A stretch of 64,000 bases of DNA from Octopus sinensis (GCF_006345805.1 NC_043006.1:33976001-34040000), one strand, 5' to 3'; counted from the first letter of the stretch, positions 36,211-50,062 are shown. Numbers and translations are program-made. The notes: a model not told the origin generated them from the letters alone.

Positions 36211-37222
36211 ACATAAAATATATTGATATTCATATAAATGTTTCACCTTCTCACTTTTTTTTCTTCCTTTTCTTCCTCTCATTCATTCTCTCTGTCTGTC
36301 TCTCTTCTTTATTTTTCTCCAATGTTCACACATACCAATGTGGTTGCTCGACCTGTTAGAAAGTCTCCCTTAAGTCCCTTTCAATGACCTTTAAAGGACA
36401 CATTGGATTTGGATAATGTGGTGTTGGGTAGTTTACATATAGTTAACTGACAGGATGGTCACAGCTGGAAAGCCTTTGTTCATAATAACTGCCCAACATA
36501 CACACACAATATATTTCTTCTTCAGACTCTTTCTCCCCTCTTCTTTTCACTGTCTCTTATTTACACACACACACATACACACACACACGCACACACATAC
36601 AGATACAGACACACATTGATATATTTCTACATCACTTGCTTTCCTCTCTGTCTTCCTTTCCCTTCTTTCTCTTTCTCATTTATTCACACAGACACAGAAA
36701 CCACACACACACATACACACACAGTCTTCACTCTTCACCTTTGTTCTTTTCGTCCCTTTTTTTGTTTATTCACACACTTACATACATCTACACACCCACA
36801 TACATGCCAACATATACACATATAGAAACAAGAACATATAAACCCATGCAACTTACACACACACACACACGCCCACACCCATCCACACAGGTGATATTTT
36901 TCTTTTACCCTCTCTCTTTATGGACACCACCCACCAATCTATACAAACACACATCTATCTGTCTGTCTGTACACACATACACACATACAATTAAACACAT
37001 AGAAACCCACAGTTTATATCCATCCATTCAATCTCATCAATTCATTCTTGGATGAAGCCTAACCATATGTTGTCAGCAATTCTATGCTGATTGGAAGACC
37101 CACCTGTCGATGTTAGCCAGTTGCAGGTGGGATGGTTGCATGGAATGCTTTTCTTGTCAGGTCATTTTGGCTTGGTTGACCATTTTAGCATTCTCTCTCT
37201 CTCTCTTTCTCTCTCTCTCTTT

Positions 37223-37266
<44 letters not shown>

Positions 37267-37267
<1 letters not shown>

Positions 37268-37562
37268 GAGGTGCAATGGCCCAGTGGTTAAGGCAGCGGA
37301 CTTGCGGTCGTAGGATTGCGGTTTTGATTCCCAGACTGGGCGTTGTGTTTATTGAGCAAAAACACCTAAAGCTCTACGAGGTTCTGGCAGGGGGTGGTGG
37401 CGACCCCTGCTGTACTCTTTCACCGCAACTTTCTCTCACTGTTTCTTCTGTTGGCCTGCTCGCTTAGCCAGCAGGGTGGCATCATTTGAAGGCTAAAACA
37501 ATGCGAAGCGCATTGTGACCAGCAATGTGTAGCAACATCTGATAGCCTTGTCGATCACGTGA
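37267..37562 (+). mobile_element. tRNA-derived SINE (third head type)
   Basis: A-box TGGCCCAGTGG, B-box GGTTTTGATTCCC; 3' part matches 16213-16330. Confidence 0.8.
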
Positions 37563-37879
37563 TATATATATATATATATAGATATATATATATATATATA
37601 TATTGGTACCACATAAAAAGCACTTGGTCTACTTTGTAAGGTGGTTGGGGTTAGGAAGGGCATCCAGCAGTAAAAACCGTGTCAAAACAGACACTGAAGC
37701 TTGGTGCAGTCTTCTGCATAGCCAGCCTCTGTCAAATGGTCCAACCCATGTTAACATGGAAAACGAGCATTAAGTGATGATGATGTGTATTTATATATAT
37801 ATATATTAAGGTAACAAGTTAGGGGTTCAATTCTTCAACGTGGTATTCCAGCATGGCCACAATCTAATGACTGAAACAA

Positions 37880-38049
37880 GTCATCGCTAGCCACTATACC
37901 TTTTTCTATTTTCTCTCCCTGTTTATTTCTGTGTTCCTCTCTGTTGAAGAGCGTAAGCTCGAAACGTAAAAGACTTTCTCACTTCCCGAGCGTTAAACTA
38001 ATACATCTGTTGTTTACACACCTGTTTTGTTTGTTTTGTAAATCATCAC

Positions 38050-38050
<1 letters not shown>
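37880..38050 (+). mobile_element. Hammerhead-like repeat family B
   Basis: CTGTTGA 37941-37947, A, GAGC-GTAA-GCTC, GAAAC-GTA, AAAG. Confidence 0.6.
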
Positions 38051-38107
<57 letters not shown>

Positions 38108-39305
38108 TATAATCTGTTTATGCATAGCACAGTGTGAATTAGAAAAGCAGAATTGAATTTAAAGAACACACACACACACACAAATATGTCCTATATCATT
38201 ACACAAGGACACAGAAGTGGGTTGCTGATAAACGAAGTACAATACATTGTTAGGTTCATACACATACACATTTACGCATACATGTATATATTGATATATA
38301 CAAAATGCACACACTTGCATATAAAAACAAACGTGTGTGTGTGTGTAAATGTTATTACATCAAGTTCTTTTATCTTTTACTTGTTTCAGTCAAGTGGCCT
38401 TGCTGGAGCACCACCTTGACGAATTTTTAGTTGAATGAATTGAACCCCTAACTTATTACCTTAAGCCTGGTACTTATTCTATCATTCCATTTTCTTGAAC
38501 TGCTAAGTTACAGGCACACAAAGGTACCAAAACTAGTTGTGAAGCGGTAGTGATGATACACACACACACACACATGATGGGCTTCTTTCAGTTTCCATCA
38601 ACCAAATCCACTCACAAAGCTATAGTTGGCCTGATGCTATAGTAGAAGACACTTGCCCAAGGTGCCACACAGTGGGACTGAACCCTGAACCATGTGGTTG
38701 GAACACAAGCTTCTAACCACACAACCATGCCTGTGTTGAAACGATTCACCATTAAACTGAAGAATCACTCAATATTTTGCAGTAGAGCCCATGTTTATTA
38801 AACTCTTACAAGAAGAGCAAAGTTGGCTTTGAAATTTCTGCCTGTTGGCATTCGTCAGACAGACATATGTTTCAATTACTCTTTTACTCATTTCAGCGGT
38901 CATGCTGGAGCACCACCATTGTATATACATTATATATATGCTTTCTTTTTCCCTCCTTCTTCCCCTAAGAAATCTTTTACGTTTATTAGGAAGGCATGCC
39001 CCCGTTCAAACTTATCAACTCGTGAATGTTACATATTTTCCTAAATCTCGAGGATGCCTAAGTTTACCTGTATTAGTTAATGGGTTAATTATGAAACTCT
39101 TATTGAGCATTTTTTTTCCTCTCTTTACATTCTGAGTTCACATTTTTTCCAGGTTGACTTTAACTTCCATTCTTTCAGCGGTCAATAAAATAAGTCCCAA
39201 TTGAAGACTGGACTTGATGTAATTGACTACAACCTTCAAAGATAACCAACTTACTGCTAAAATTGGAAATATTAATTATTTGTTTGCTAATATTATCATC
39301 GTCAT

Positions 39306-39699
39306 CCAGTTCTATATTTAAGAGATGAGGAATTATTTACATTATTTACATTAGACGGATATTTGTCCTCATCTTGATTGTTGCTAACACAACATTTTGG
39401 CTGATATACCATCCAGCCTTCATCAGGTGTCTTGGGGAAATTTCAAACCTGGGTTCTCATTCCTAAGGTATTTTCCGTTGTTGTTGTTATTATTATTATT
39501 ATTATTATTTAGGTCATTGCTTAGAATCGAACTCGGAATCTTGGGGTTAGTAGCCCTAATACCTTAGGAATGAGAACCCAGGTTTGAAATTTCCCCAAGA
39601 CACCTGATGAAGGCTGGAGGGTGTATCAGCCGAAACGTTGTATTAACAACAAACAAGATGAGGACAAATATCCGTCAAATGTAAATAATGTAAATAATG
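39306..39699. mobile_element. Inverted pair of hammerhead-bearing family-A repeats; minus copy 39307-39556 has a tRNA-like head, plus copy 39558-39699
   Basis: About 140-bp shared arms; flanked by ATCATCGTCAT (39295-39305) and ATCATCGTTAT (39700-39710). Confidence 0.85.
39599..39644 (+). ncRNA. Candidate minimal (dimer-type) hammerhead ribozyme
   Basis: GACAC, CTGATGA 39604-39610, extra A, stem II GGCTG/CAGCC, GAAA 39632-39635, palindromic ACGT stem III, GTT site, stem I partner GTATT (GTGTT in the other two copies). Confidence 0.6.
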
Positions 39700-39989
39700 A
39701 TCATCGTTATTATTATTAAGGCAGAATCGTTAGTACACTGGACAAAATGCTTAACGCTATTTCATCCATCTTCATGTTCTGAGTTCAAATTCTGCTGAGG
39801 TCAGCTGTACCTTTCATCCTTTCGGGGTCGATAAATTAAGTGCCAGTTACGCACTGAGTTTGATGTAATAGGCTCATCCCCTCCTCCCAAAATGGCTACC
39901 TTTGTGGCAAAATTTGAAACCATTATTATTAATGGGTGTGGGGGCTAGCAGAAACATTACCATGCTGAGATAAATGTATAGCAGCATTT

Positions 39990-40262
39990 CTTCCAACCCA
40001 CCCTGACTGGCCTCCGTGCCGGTGGCACGTAAAAAGCACCATCCGATCATGGCCGTTTGCCAGCCTTGTCTGGCACCTGTGCTGGTGGCATGTAAAAAGC
40101 ACCCACTACACTCACAGAGTGGTTGGCGTTAGGAAGGGCGTCCAGCTGTATAAACACTGCCAGATCAGACTGGGTCTGGTGCAGCCTTCTGGCTTCCCAG
40201 ACCCCAGTTGAACCGTCCAACCCATGCTAGCATGGAAAGCAGATGTTAAACGATGATGATGT
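39990..40262 (+). mobile_element. Family-C RTE-type non-autonomous repeat with (GAT)n tail
   Basis: GGTTGGCGTTAGGAAGGGC..CCAGC motif and tail CATGGAAAGCAGATGTTAAACGATGATGAT. Copies: 43885-44232, 47925-48300, 51427-51592, 52490-52770 (-); 53000-53270, 57575-57810 (+). Confidence 0.75.
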
Positions 40263-41109
40263 GCTGAGTTCAAATTCTGCTCAGGCCAATTTTTCCTTTC
40301 ATCCTTTTGGGGTTGATAAAATAAGGACCAGTTGAGCACTAAGACTGATGCAATCGATTTACCTTTCTCCCAGAAATTCTGGCCTTGTGCCAACATTTCA
40401 AATCATTATTATTATCATTATTTTATTATTGATATTATTGTTGTTTGTAACTATTGTTCTTACTAGTGATACAATGTTGTTTGGAGTTCACCCCCCCCCC
40501 CGCACCTCATGTTGCTCTTCTTTCCCTTCTTACTATATAAGTCCAATAAGCCTATGTGTACCTTTGCAAGCATGTGCAAGAGTGTATTGGTCCACCAGAG
40601 TACAAGTGAGTGAAGGCTTAGACCTTGACAACCTTTTTATCTCCAACCTATCTCATTTCTGTCTTGTACATCGTTACCCTCTCACTTCCTCCATCTGCCG
40701 TTCTGTTACATTAACCAAACAGCACTCAATTTGCATATTGATATTATAATTTGCATACAAGGCATTACAATTTTTTTTGTGTTGTATTTTTGATGATAAT
40801 GCTGAAGAAGTGTGTTAACTGTTATTGCATAATATGGCCAACCAGCTTGTGTAATAACAATTAGCTTACTGAAACATGTATACATTCCACAAAGCATAAA
40901 ATACAGTTATATTTCTTTTATATGATAGCTTGGATTCTGCACAGCAGCTTTTCTAGAGATATAATAATGTGTTGAGGATAGGAATGGAGTGTAGAGTATT
41001 TCAGTCATACCTAATTTCTTAAGTAATGTCACACCTTTCTGTGTACCCATTTAAAGTATCTGTCTGTCTGTTTGTCAATACATACACCCCCACCATATGC
41101 ATATGCATG

Positions 41110-41169
<60 letters not shown>

Positions 41170-42999
41170 CATGATAGTAAATGATGCTATATATGTATAC
41201 ATACACATGAGTGTGTGTGTGTGTACATGTATGTATGTATATTTATATATATGTATATATAGTTAGGCATGCATGCACCCACACACACACGTCTATAGGC
41301 TCAGACATACTCTGCCCATGCCTCACTCTCCATGCACCTGAATATAAATACGTGTTACTCATTAACTTTTAGTTTCATACACACTCACACACATGTGCAC
41401 GTACAAAGATACATACACTTACACACACACACACACAAATGCATGCACACAGATCAATATACAAATAGATCATATCTTTTTATTTTCTCTCCCCCCCCTC
41501 TCTTATAGATGAACACATGTGACTGTGCATGCACACACACACACACACACACACACACAGTCATGGAGTAATCCGAATTAATCTAATCTATAAGTGTTAG
41601 AATTCAGAGTTTATTAATTTTTAATTTCATGTTAATTATTTATTTATCTATCACTTCATTTAATTGCTTATCTCTTCAATAAATTATTTATAACTTGATA
41701 GATAATTTTATTTGAAACTAGAGTGATATTATAATAAATCAACCTTTCTCTTCAAAGCTTGCTGGCCTTGTGCCTAAATTAGAAATTGTTATCACCACCA
41801 CCACTCTCTCCACCATCATCATCCTTGCTGCAGCTACCATCATCATCACTACAGCCATCATCATCTCAACTGCTGCTGCCTCCACCCCACCCCTGCTGCC
41901 AATTCCATACCCGCCGCTATCATCACAACTAACTACAGTATCATCCTCGTTACTACCACTACTGCCATGACCACCACCATCACTATCACCACCATGGCCA
42001 TTATCCTCATCATTAATGGAAGATGGATTGCCAGAATCATGAGACAAAATACCACGTGGTATTTCCTACAACTATTTATATGTTAAATTCATTCCTCACT
42101 AGGATGAAATGACTGCACACACACACACACACACATGCATGCAATGTGCGTTTGTGTGTGTGTGTGTGTGTGTGCATGTATCTGTGTGTGTGTGTGCATT
42201 TATCTGTGTATGTGTGGTGGACTAGAACAATTCTGAGGCGTACCTTTTGAAAATAAGTATCCTCTGTAACGTAGATATGATGGTATTTTCAATAGGAATA
42301 TCATTAAGTTATACTACTCCACTACGCTCAATGTAGCTACCATTATAACAGCTAATAAGAGGATAACTTGGAAGATACAGCTTTGCCTTTCATTCTTCTG
42401 GAGTTGATAAAATAAAGTACCAGTCAATCAACAGGTTAATGTTATAAGTTAATGCCCACCCCTCAAATTTACTGGCTTTCATTGTTAGTTCTGAATTCTG
42501 TAGAATTGGCATACCATGATGTGCTTGGGCTGATGAAAGACAGATAAAAATGAAATTGTTTATTGACCCAGAATTTTCATCACCATTGCTGCTCCTCTCA
42601 TCACACAATGTTCTAAACTACCCATCACTCTCCACCATCCTACATGTTGCCCTTAATGAGTGAATAAATGGGATAGCTGGTGAACATATGAAATTCTTAA
42701 TAAATGTCTAGTTGTATCAGAGAGATGTGTATGTGTGTGCACAAATCTATGCATCTATATGTGTGTGTACATATCTGTGTGTACATATTTGTGTATATTT
42801 GTTTTTAAGTGTATATATGCATCTATATATGTGTCTGCACACAGACCTGTAGGTTTTTATACGACTGTGTATGTTTCAGTTTAAGAATGTATATTTTTAT
42901 GTGGTATGTGTGTGTATGTCAGTGGTGGTGGTGGTGGGGGGTGCAATATATAATGGCATTAACTAGAATGAAGAACAGCACATCTTTAAAACAGGATTA

Positions 43000-43430
43000 C
43001 ACCATACCAAAAGCCAACACGTGTTTCGATTATGTAAGCATCTTTAAAAATAATTCAATGGCACAAGTTTACAAATTAGTCCATATCAAATCAATTGTTT
43101 TATAAGATATATCCAAAAATTTATGCTAGCATAAAATTTTTTTCAAAGCAACCCACTTGCATGGAAATCAAACAACGACTGGAATTTTAGCATCAATATA
43201 TATTTGATTAGTTCCCTGTATTGATACTAAAATTTCAGATTTCATTTGATTTCCATGTGAGTGGGTTGCCTTTAACAGTTTTTGTTAGCATAAATTTTTG
43301 TGAAAAATCTGATATCACAATTGATTCGATATGGATTGATTTGTATTTTGTACCAATGAATTATTATATCCAAAGATACTTACATAGCAGAAACACGTGT
43401 TGGCTTTTTTTTTTTTTTTTTTTTACAGTG
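43000..43430. mobile_element. 431-bp foldback (palindromic) MITE
   Basis: Arms of about 200 bp (AAAAGCCAACACGTGTTTC...ATGGAAATCAAA and its complement); CAC..-/-CAGTG ends flanked by TA. Confidence 0.8.
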
Positions 43431-44231
43431 TAATCATGTATTGAAAATTTATTGTTATTCTTTCTAGTTAATGTCTTTCTAATATGCTCTGGAATTTTGG
43501 AGCTTTTCCTAAGTGAACTTTGGATTTACTAAACAAACTAGGAGCACAACGACAGATGTAAATTATATTTGGATTTTATGAACTCCACCTCATCATCATT
43601 TAATGTCAGTTTTCCATGCTAGCATGGGTTGGACAGTTTGACAGGAGCTGGCTAGGCCAGGGGTTGCACCATGCTCCAGTTGTCTGTTTTGACATGGCTT
43701 CTATAGTTGGATGCTCTTCCTAATGCTAAACACTTTACAGTGTGTACTGGGTGCTTTTTGTGTAGTGCTACACCTGTTGATCGATATAGTTAGCCAAGTT
43801 TGGATAGCTTCAGAGTGCTGATAAGATATCTGCCTGTATTTGTAAATCCCTATTACATGTATACATTCATAATCACCATCATCATCATTTAATGTCCACT
43901 TTCCATGCTAGCATGGGTTGGACGATTTGACTGAGGACTGGCAAACCAGATGGCTGCACCAGGCTCCAGTCTGATCTGGCAGTGTTTCTACAGCTGGATG
44001 CCCTTCCTAATGCCAACCACTCGAGAGTGTAGTGGGTGCTTTTACGTGCCACCAGCATGAGAGCCATTCAGGCGGTACTGGCAATGACCACGCTCAAATG
44101 GTGTTTTTTTACATGTCACCTGTACAGGAGTCAGTCCGGCGGTACTGGCAATGACTTCGCTTGAATGTTTTTTCATGTGCCACCAGCACAAGTGCCAGTA
44201 AGGCGACGCTGGTAATGATCATGCTCGAATG

Positions 44232-44264
<33 letters not shown>

Positions 44265-44486
44265 ATTTGACGATCTGTGGTCCTGTATGTGTGTATGACA
44301 TTATCAACTGACTATTAATACTATCCATTCCACATCATATCTTTCTTAGAAACACAATGAAAATACCTGCTGAGAACATCAACTCACAAATTCTATGTTC
44401 TCAGCCATTTAACCTGTATTTATGTACATATGTATATCTATGTATGCCTGTGTACATCCATCCATCCATCCATATATGTATATATG

Positions 44487-44561
<75 letters not shown>

Positions 44562-46179
44562 TCCACATATGTATGCATATATACACACACATACATGTGG
44601 GTTCTAGGATTGCTTTTTCTCTGATAATTTTATTTTGTTTAGGAACCATTTTTATTTTTCCAACTTTTAATGGGTAATGATTTCCCTATTCACAGCCTCA
44701 CTCTCTCTCTCCCCCTCTCTCCCCCTCTCTCCCTGCAAATATATATATATATATTATGCTGCCAACAGATTAAGAATTATTTTTGTCCAGGTATGGATTT
44801 TATTTTTCTTGCTATAATCAGACAATTGCTTCAGAATTTATCCTTCATCAATATATTTTGGCAGTGTTCAAAGTTAAATTTAAATTTAAAAGCAACTCTC
44901 TCATGACTGTTACTAATGAAATGATCTGAAAGACCATTGTTCTTGCTTTCAAACCAGTTCCCTGATTAATAAGATAGACAACAAATTGGAAGAAACATCA
45001 GATGAAGCACTTTGCAGTATTTCAACTGGCTTTTGAAATCCGAGTTCAAATCTTGTCACGGTCAGCTTTATCATCTTTCTGGATTGGATAACGTACCTTT
45101 GTTGGGTAGCTGACAAAGGGCCCATAGTCTAATAATTTGGACATTGGGGTCCAGATTGTTGGGTCATGGGTTTGTTGTCTAACAGACATCGAGATTATTA
45201 CCCCCATTGGGAAGCGTGTTTGCAAGTGGGAAAAAGTTTGTTTTCCTACACACTCATTTGATCCATTGGTCCATGCAAGCACGGAAAAAGCTACAAGCAT
45301 TAAAATGATGATGATACATACACACACATGTATGTGTGTTTGTGTGTGCGTGTGCATTTGCATGTATGTGTTTATATCTGAACGTCTTTGCATTGCCAAT
45401 CTCTGACTAATATTGATACACTATTTATGTCTTCCATAACCAGTATGTCCTGTTCAATGATTGAAACAGTAAAAAAAAAAATAAAGATTTAATCTTAAGT
45501 CATGTTTTTTAATTTCCAGTTTCTCACAAAAGATAGAAAACCACTGCCCTAGCGACTTAAACCATAAAGTGGAGAGATGCGGCAGGGAATGATTTATTGG
45601 ATATTGGTGGTCATGGTTGGAGCTATATCCTACCTGAGAACAAAAAGACATCATAGATGTGTCTTGAATATTTTTGATCTTATTAACCAGGGGCTAAACA
45701 ACAACGACAGCAGCAACAACAACATCTCCGACCACAAAGGCATCTCACATAACAACTTCAAGGAAAACAGCACAAATTAGCAAAAGATAATGGTTATGAC
45801 CAAAAATAGCGAAAATCCCACCAGCTGCTTCAGATGGGTCAAAAATAGAAAGAAAACTGGAAAACATTCCAAATGGAAAACAAAATTAAATTCTTTGAAT
45901 TCCATCCAAAAGTATTAATCAAAATTTATATCTAAGAGTGTGTGTGGGTGTGCATCTCCAGGTGTATGTGCAAGTGCATGCAAATACACATACATGCACA
46001 TACCAACAAACATACACATGCACACATACATTCATACATACATACATACATACATACATACAGAAGCACATGCATATATCAAATATATATATATATATAT
46101 TTACAGACATACATACAAGTATCTCATAAAACGTGTATGTATATATGTATGAATGTATATATGTATTAATCCATTACTT

Positions 46180-47200
46180 CTGGCTTTCATTGATTTGGAG
46201 AAGATGTTTGACAGGGTCCCATGTTCTGTAATTTGATAGTTACTATGAAAACTAGGAGTGGATCAGTAGCTCCTGAAGACTGTACAAGCTATGTACAAAA
46301 ATGCAGTAAGTAAAATGGGAGTCAACAATGTCAGTGACAAATCTAGCACGAAGTTAGTTCACCAAGGTTCAATCCTCAGTCATTACTTGTAGGTTGCTAA
46401 AGTTAGTCGATAGCTTTTGTTACCTACGTGACATAACGAGTAAGGTGATAGTTCTAAAAGTAAGGTAGCCAGAGTAAGAACAGGCTAGAAAAAGTTCAGG
46501 GAGCTTTAACTCCTACTAGCAACAAAGATCTTTTCCATGAGAGTGAAGGACAGATTGTATGATGCTTGTGTTAGGATTGTAATGCTGCATGGTAGTGAGA
46601 TACATGGGCTTTAACCCATTAAGTCCCATTGTCCTATAAATAGGACACTAAATGAAAACCTTAAATAAGCTATATCACATTGTCTCAGTGTCCTATTTAT
46701 AGGGACACCGAGTATTTCCATTTCTACTTGAAGTAAAGGAGTTTCAATAATTATTTTTTTCCATTTTAACCTATTTTCAATCATCTGTAAAAATTAAAAG
46801 TAATATTCAGAAATTTAAGTACTCTGGGACTTAATAGGTCAAATGCAGTGGACTTGAAAAGACTGGAAAGAATCGAAGCCAGCATGCTCCATTGGATGTG
46901 CAGTGCAAGTGTGACTGAAAGACATAGTGCTGAGAGAAAAACTGAACTTGAGAGGAATCAGATGTAGTATGCAGGAAAGAAGATTGTGTTGGTTTGGATA
47001 GGGGTGTGTATGGATGGAGACAGTTATATAAAGAAGTGGTGATCACTTAATGTGAATGGAGCTTGCAGAATAGGGAGAAGAGGGAAGATTTGGGATGATG
47101 GAATGGCAACCAAACTTAGGACATTGAATCTTGCAGAGGTGATGACAAAGGATGTGGATGACTGGCAAGATGCACTCTTCAAAAGGACCAACTTGGCAAA
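46180..47200 (+). mobile_element. Old RTE LINE RT remnant with internal deletion
   Basis: FIDLEKMFDRVP, HQGSILS, VDSFCYL, MLHGSETWALN, ERRLCWFG; many stops. Confidence 0.85.
46615..46838. mobile_element. piggyBac-like MITE inserted in the RTE remnant
   Basis: TIRs CCCATTAAGTCCCA and TGGGACTTAATAGG; TSD TTAA/TCAA; removing it restores W-A-L-N-A. Confidence 0.85.
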
Positions 47201-47812
47201 ACTAGATTTGGTTGTGCTCTGTTTATGTATGTGTGCATGCATGCATGTGTACAGGTGTGTGTGTACATATATATATATATTTATGTGTGTGTGTATTACT
47301 ATACCCTTTGCTTAATCTCTCCCTTAAAACACCCCACCACCCTTTATCTCTCAGCTTTTCCTTGATACCACTAGTCTTTCTCACTACCCGGTTCCATTTC
47401 ACTTAATATGCAACCCTCATCATTAATATTATTCTCTCCATCCATATTTCACATCCCCCACCAGCCACCATACGCCTCTTACTCTCGCCATGCACTACAC
47501 TTGCATCTCCCCTCCCATCATTTTTGCAATATACCCAACTTTCCTGCACCCTTGGTCACCCCCAACTTATTATCGACCATGCATTACATCCACCCCTAAG
47601 CCTTATCCAATCTCTACAGTTGTCACCTACTCTTCTCCCACTTTCCCTATGTATCATCAATCAACACTTCTTTCACTCTATTCTTTCCTTCATCCATTCC
47701 TCATATCTCATGCTCCAATTCACTCTTGGAACCTCTACTCATGTACACTCACCCTCTCCCATTCACTTCTACTCACTTTGTACTTTGAGAGTCCATACAC
47801 ACACCTCATCAC

Positions 47813-47864
<52 letters not shown>

Positions 47865-49812
47865 CTATATGTACATACATGTGTACATCCATTATTCATG
47901 TGTATATGGACATTATATATTTATCATCATCATCATCATTTAACATCCGTTATCCATGCTGGCATGGATTGGACACTTTGACTGGGCTGGCACACTGGAA
48001 GACTGCACCAGACTCCACTCTGATTTCACATGGTTTCTATGGCTGGATGCCCTTCCTAACACCAACCACTCCGAGAGTGTAATGGGTGCTTTTACGTGCC
48101 ACTGGCACAGGTGCCATTTGTGTGATACCGGAGTGCTTTTACGTGCCACCAGCACAGTGCCAATTGCATGATACCAGTATCTGCCACAACTGCAATTTTG
48201 CTCGGCTTGAAGTGTCTTCTCAAGCAGGACATAATGCCAAAGGTTTTGGTTGTTGCCTCTGTGAGGCCCAACACTCAAAAGGAACTCAGCCACCACACCT
48301 AATAATTGTGGAAAAATTATGAGAAAAACCATTTCTGTTCATCTTTTTCAAATATTTTATAGTGTACCAAGGACTTTCTATACATAATATACATACTTAT
48401 ACATAATTTACACACACACACACACATATACACATGCACACATACACAAATTTATTCCTTATTACTACCTTATCATGTTACCTTGACATTTTATGAATGA
48501 CTAAGTCTTTTTTCAGTGTGATCCAATTGTCAGGATATTTCCAATATACCTTAATTCCAATACTTGCAAGCTACCAATTCCACTTGAGTAATTCTTCTAC
48601 GCTTGCCTTCAACTTTTTTTGAATGACTGAATGTTTAAGGTTGATCAAATTCTTCACATTGATTCCAACATCCAATACACTTTTAATTAAAGGATTTACA
48701 ATAATCAAATGGAATGGTAAAAGTAAACTTGCAGATTTACTTCAGTTTTCTCACTGACTAATTAGGAAACTTATTCTGTTTTTTTTAGTTTTTTTTTATT
48801 TCAGTGCATTGAACTTGTTGTAATAGATGAAGAATCGTTATTCTCATAATTAAGATTGGCTGAATGAATCTGAATCAAAGGCATCATTAAACCAAGCAGC
48901 TTCCATTAAATGAAGTTTGGATTTTTAAACAGTTAAGAAAAATGCTTATTTTATACAGACTCTACATTTAATTTGATACAGTTAAGCAAAACTATTGCAT
49001 GTATGAATATCAAATTGAAATTAATTTATTCATTTTTGTATTTGGTTTGCAAATCAACACATGATATGAATTCATCTGTTGATGCAGATTTTGTTGACTT
49101 TTGGAAGGGTCATTTTGCCAATAATAAATACACACTGGTTCTGTTTCACTTCATTTATCATTATTTGTTTATTGATGAATTATTTAATCAGTTAAGTAGT
49201 CGATTGTTTAATTAATCTTTCAGTCAATCAATGATTTAGGTTTGTGAAAGAAATTCCATTGGTGTTTGCAACCGTATCAATAGCATTCTCCCTCTCTACT
49301 CCCAGTCATGAATGATGACAGAAGGCCTTTGACAAACCTGATTGATTGATTGATTGACCAAACAATTAATCTGTCAATTAGTTAATTGGCTAAATAGTTA
49401 ACCATTTGTCAAAGAAAATGATGAAGAAGTGAAACAGAATCAGTGCATGTGTTTATTTTTGGCATAATGACCTCCTGAGACACAAGTAAAAAATATATTC
49501 ACATTTACAGTATCAAACCACAAATACAAATCTATGTGACTAAAATAATCTTCTGTACATTTGTTGGTCATGCTTTGAAGTTGTTTTAGCAATAATTTGC
49601 TAAAACAGTTCATCCGACACCACATTACAACAAAGTGTGTTTATGTGTGTATGAACTGGAAAGAGAGTTTCTAAATAGCAAATGATCTGCTTTAATACCT
49701 CCTTTGTCAGAATGATTCTTCAGTTTTATTGAATCTGCTTTGCACTGGGCTTGGGCTTGGGAAGGTTCGTTTTACATAGAGATGTTCTGATATGGATTTC
49801 ATATTCATTTCA

Positions 49813-50062
49813 TAGTTCTCTGTGCAGCAACACACTGTGGGCATGGAGCTTCACCACTAATAGTCGTTAAATTTCAGCATCATTCTCATCAAACCAGTCT
49901 CTGTGTCTGGCAGTAACATACCCCAGTGTTTCGGCTGCACTTTGAGCAACCTGGTCTTGAAAATCTTCCCATCCTGCAGCAGTTTCAATGCTGGACAAGC
50001 AAGTCTGAAGTTCTTTCCTAACCACAACGTCATATACCTTGACATGCAAATACTCATGAATT
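49813..50062 (-). mobile_element. Inverted RTE segment (endonuclease-RT linker)
   Basis: WEDFQDQVAQSAAETLGYVTARHRDWFDENDAEI resembles the RTE/BovB HQDWFDEND motif. Confidence 0.85.

Noticed and set aside
44035-44232. CRISPR-like repeat array
   Set aside because: Eukaryotic context, degenerate units, no unique spacers, part of a dispersed retroelement
48805-48849. Possible terminal exon CIELVVIDEESLFS* after a strong polypyrimidine tract
   Set aside because: No phase-compatible upstream exon found and no recognisable homology; unresolved without RNA-seq
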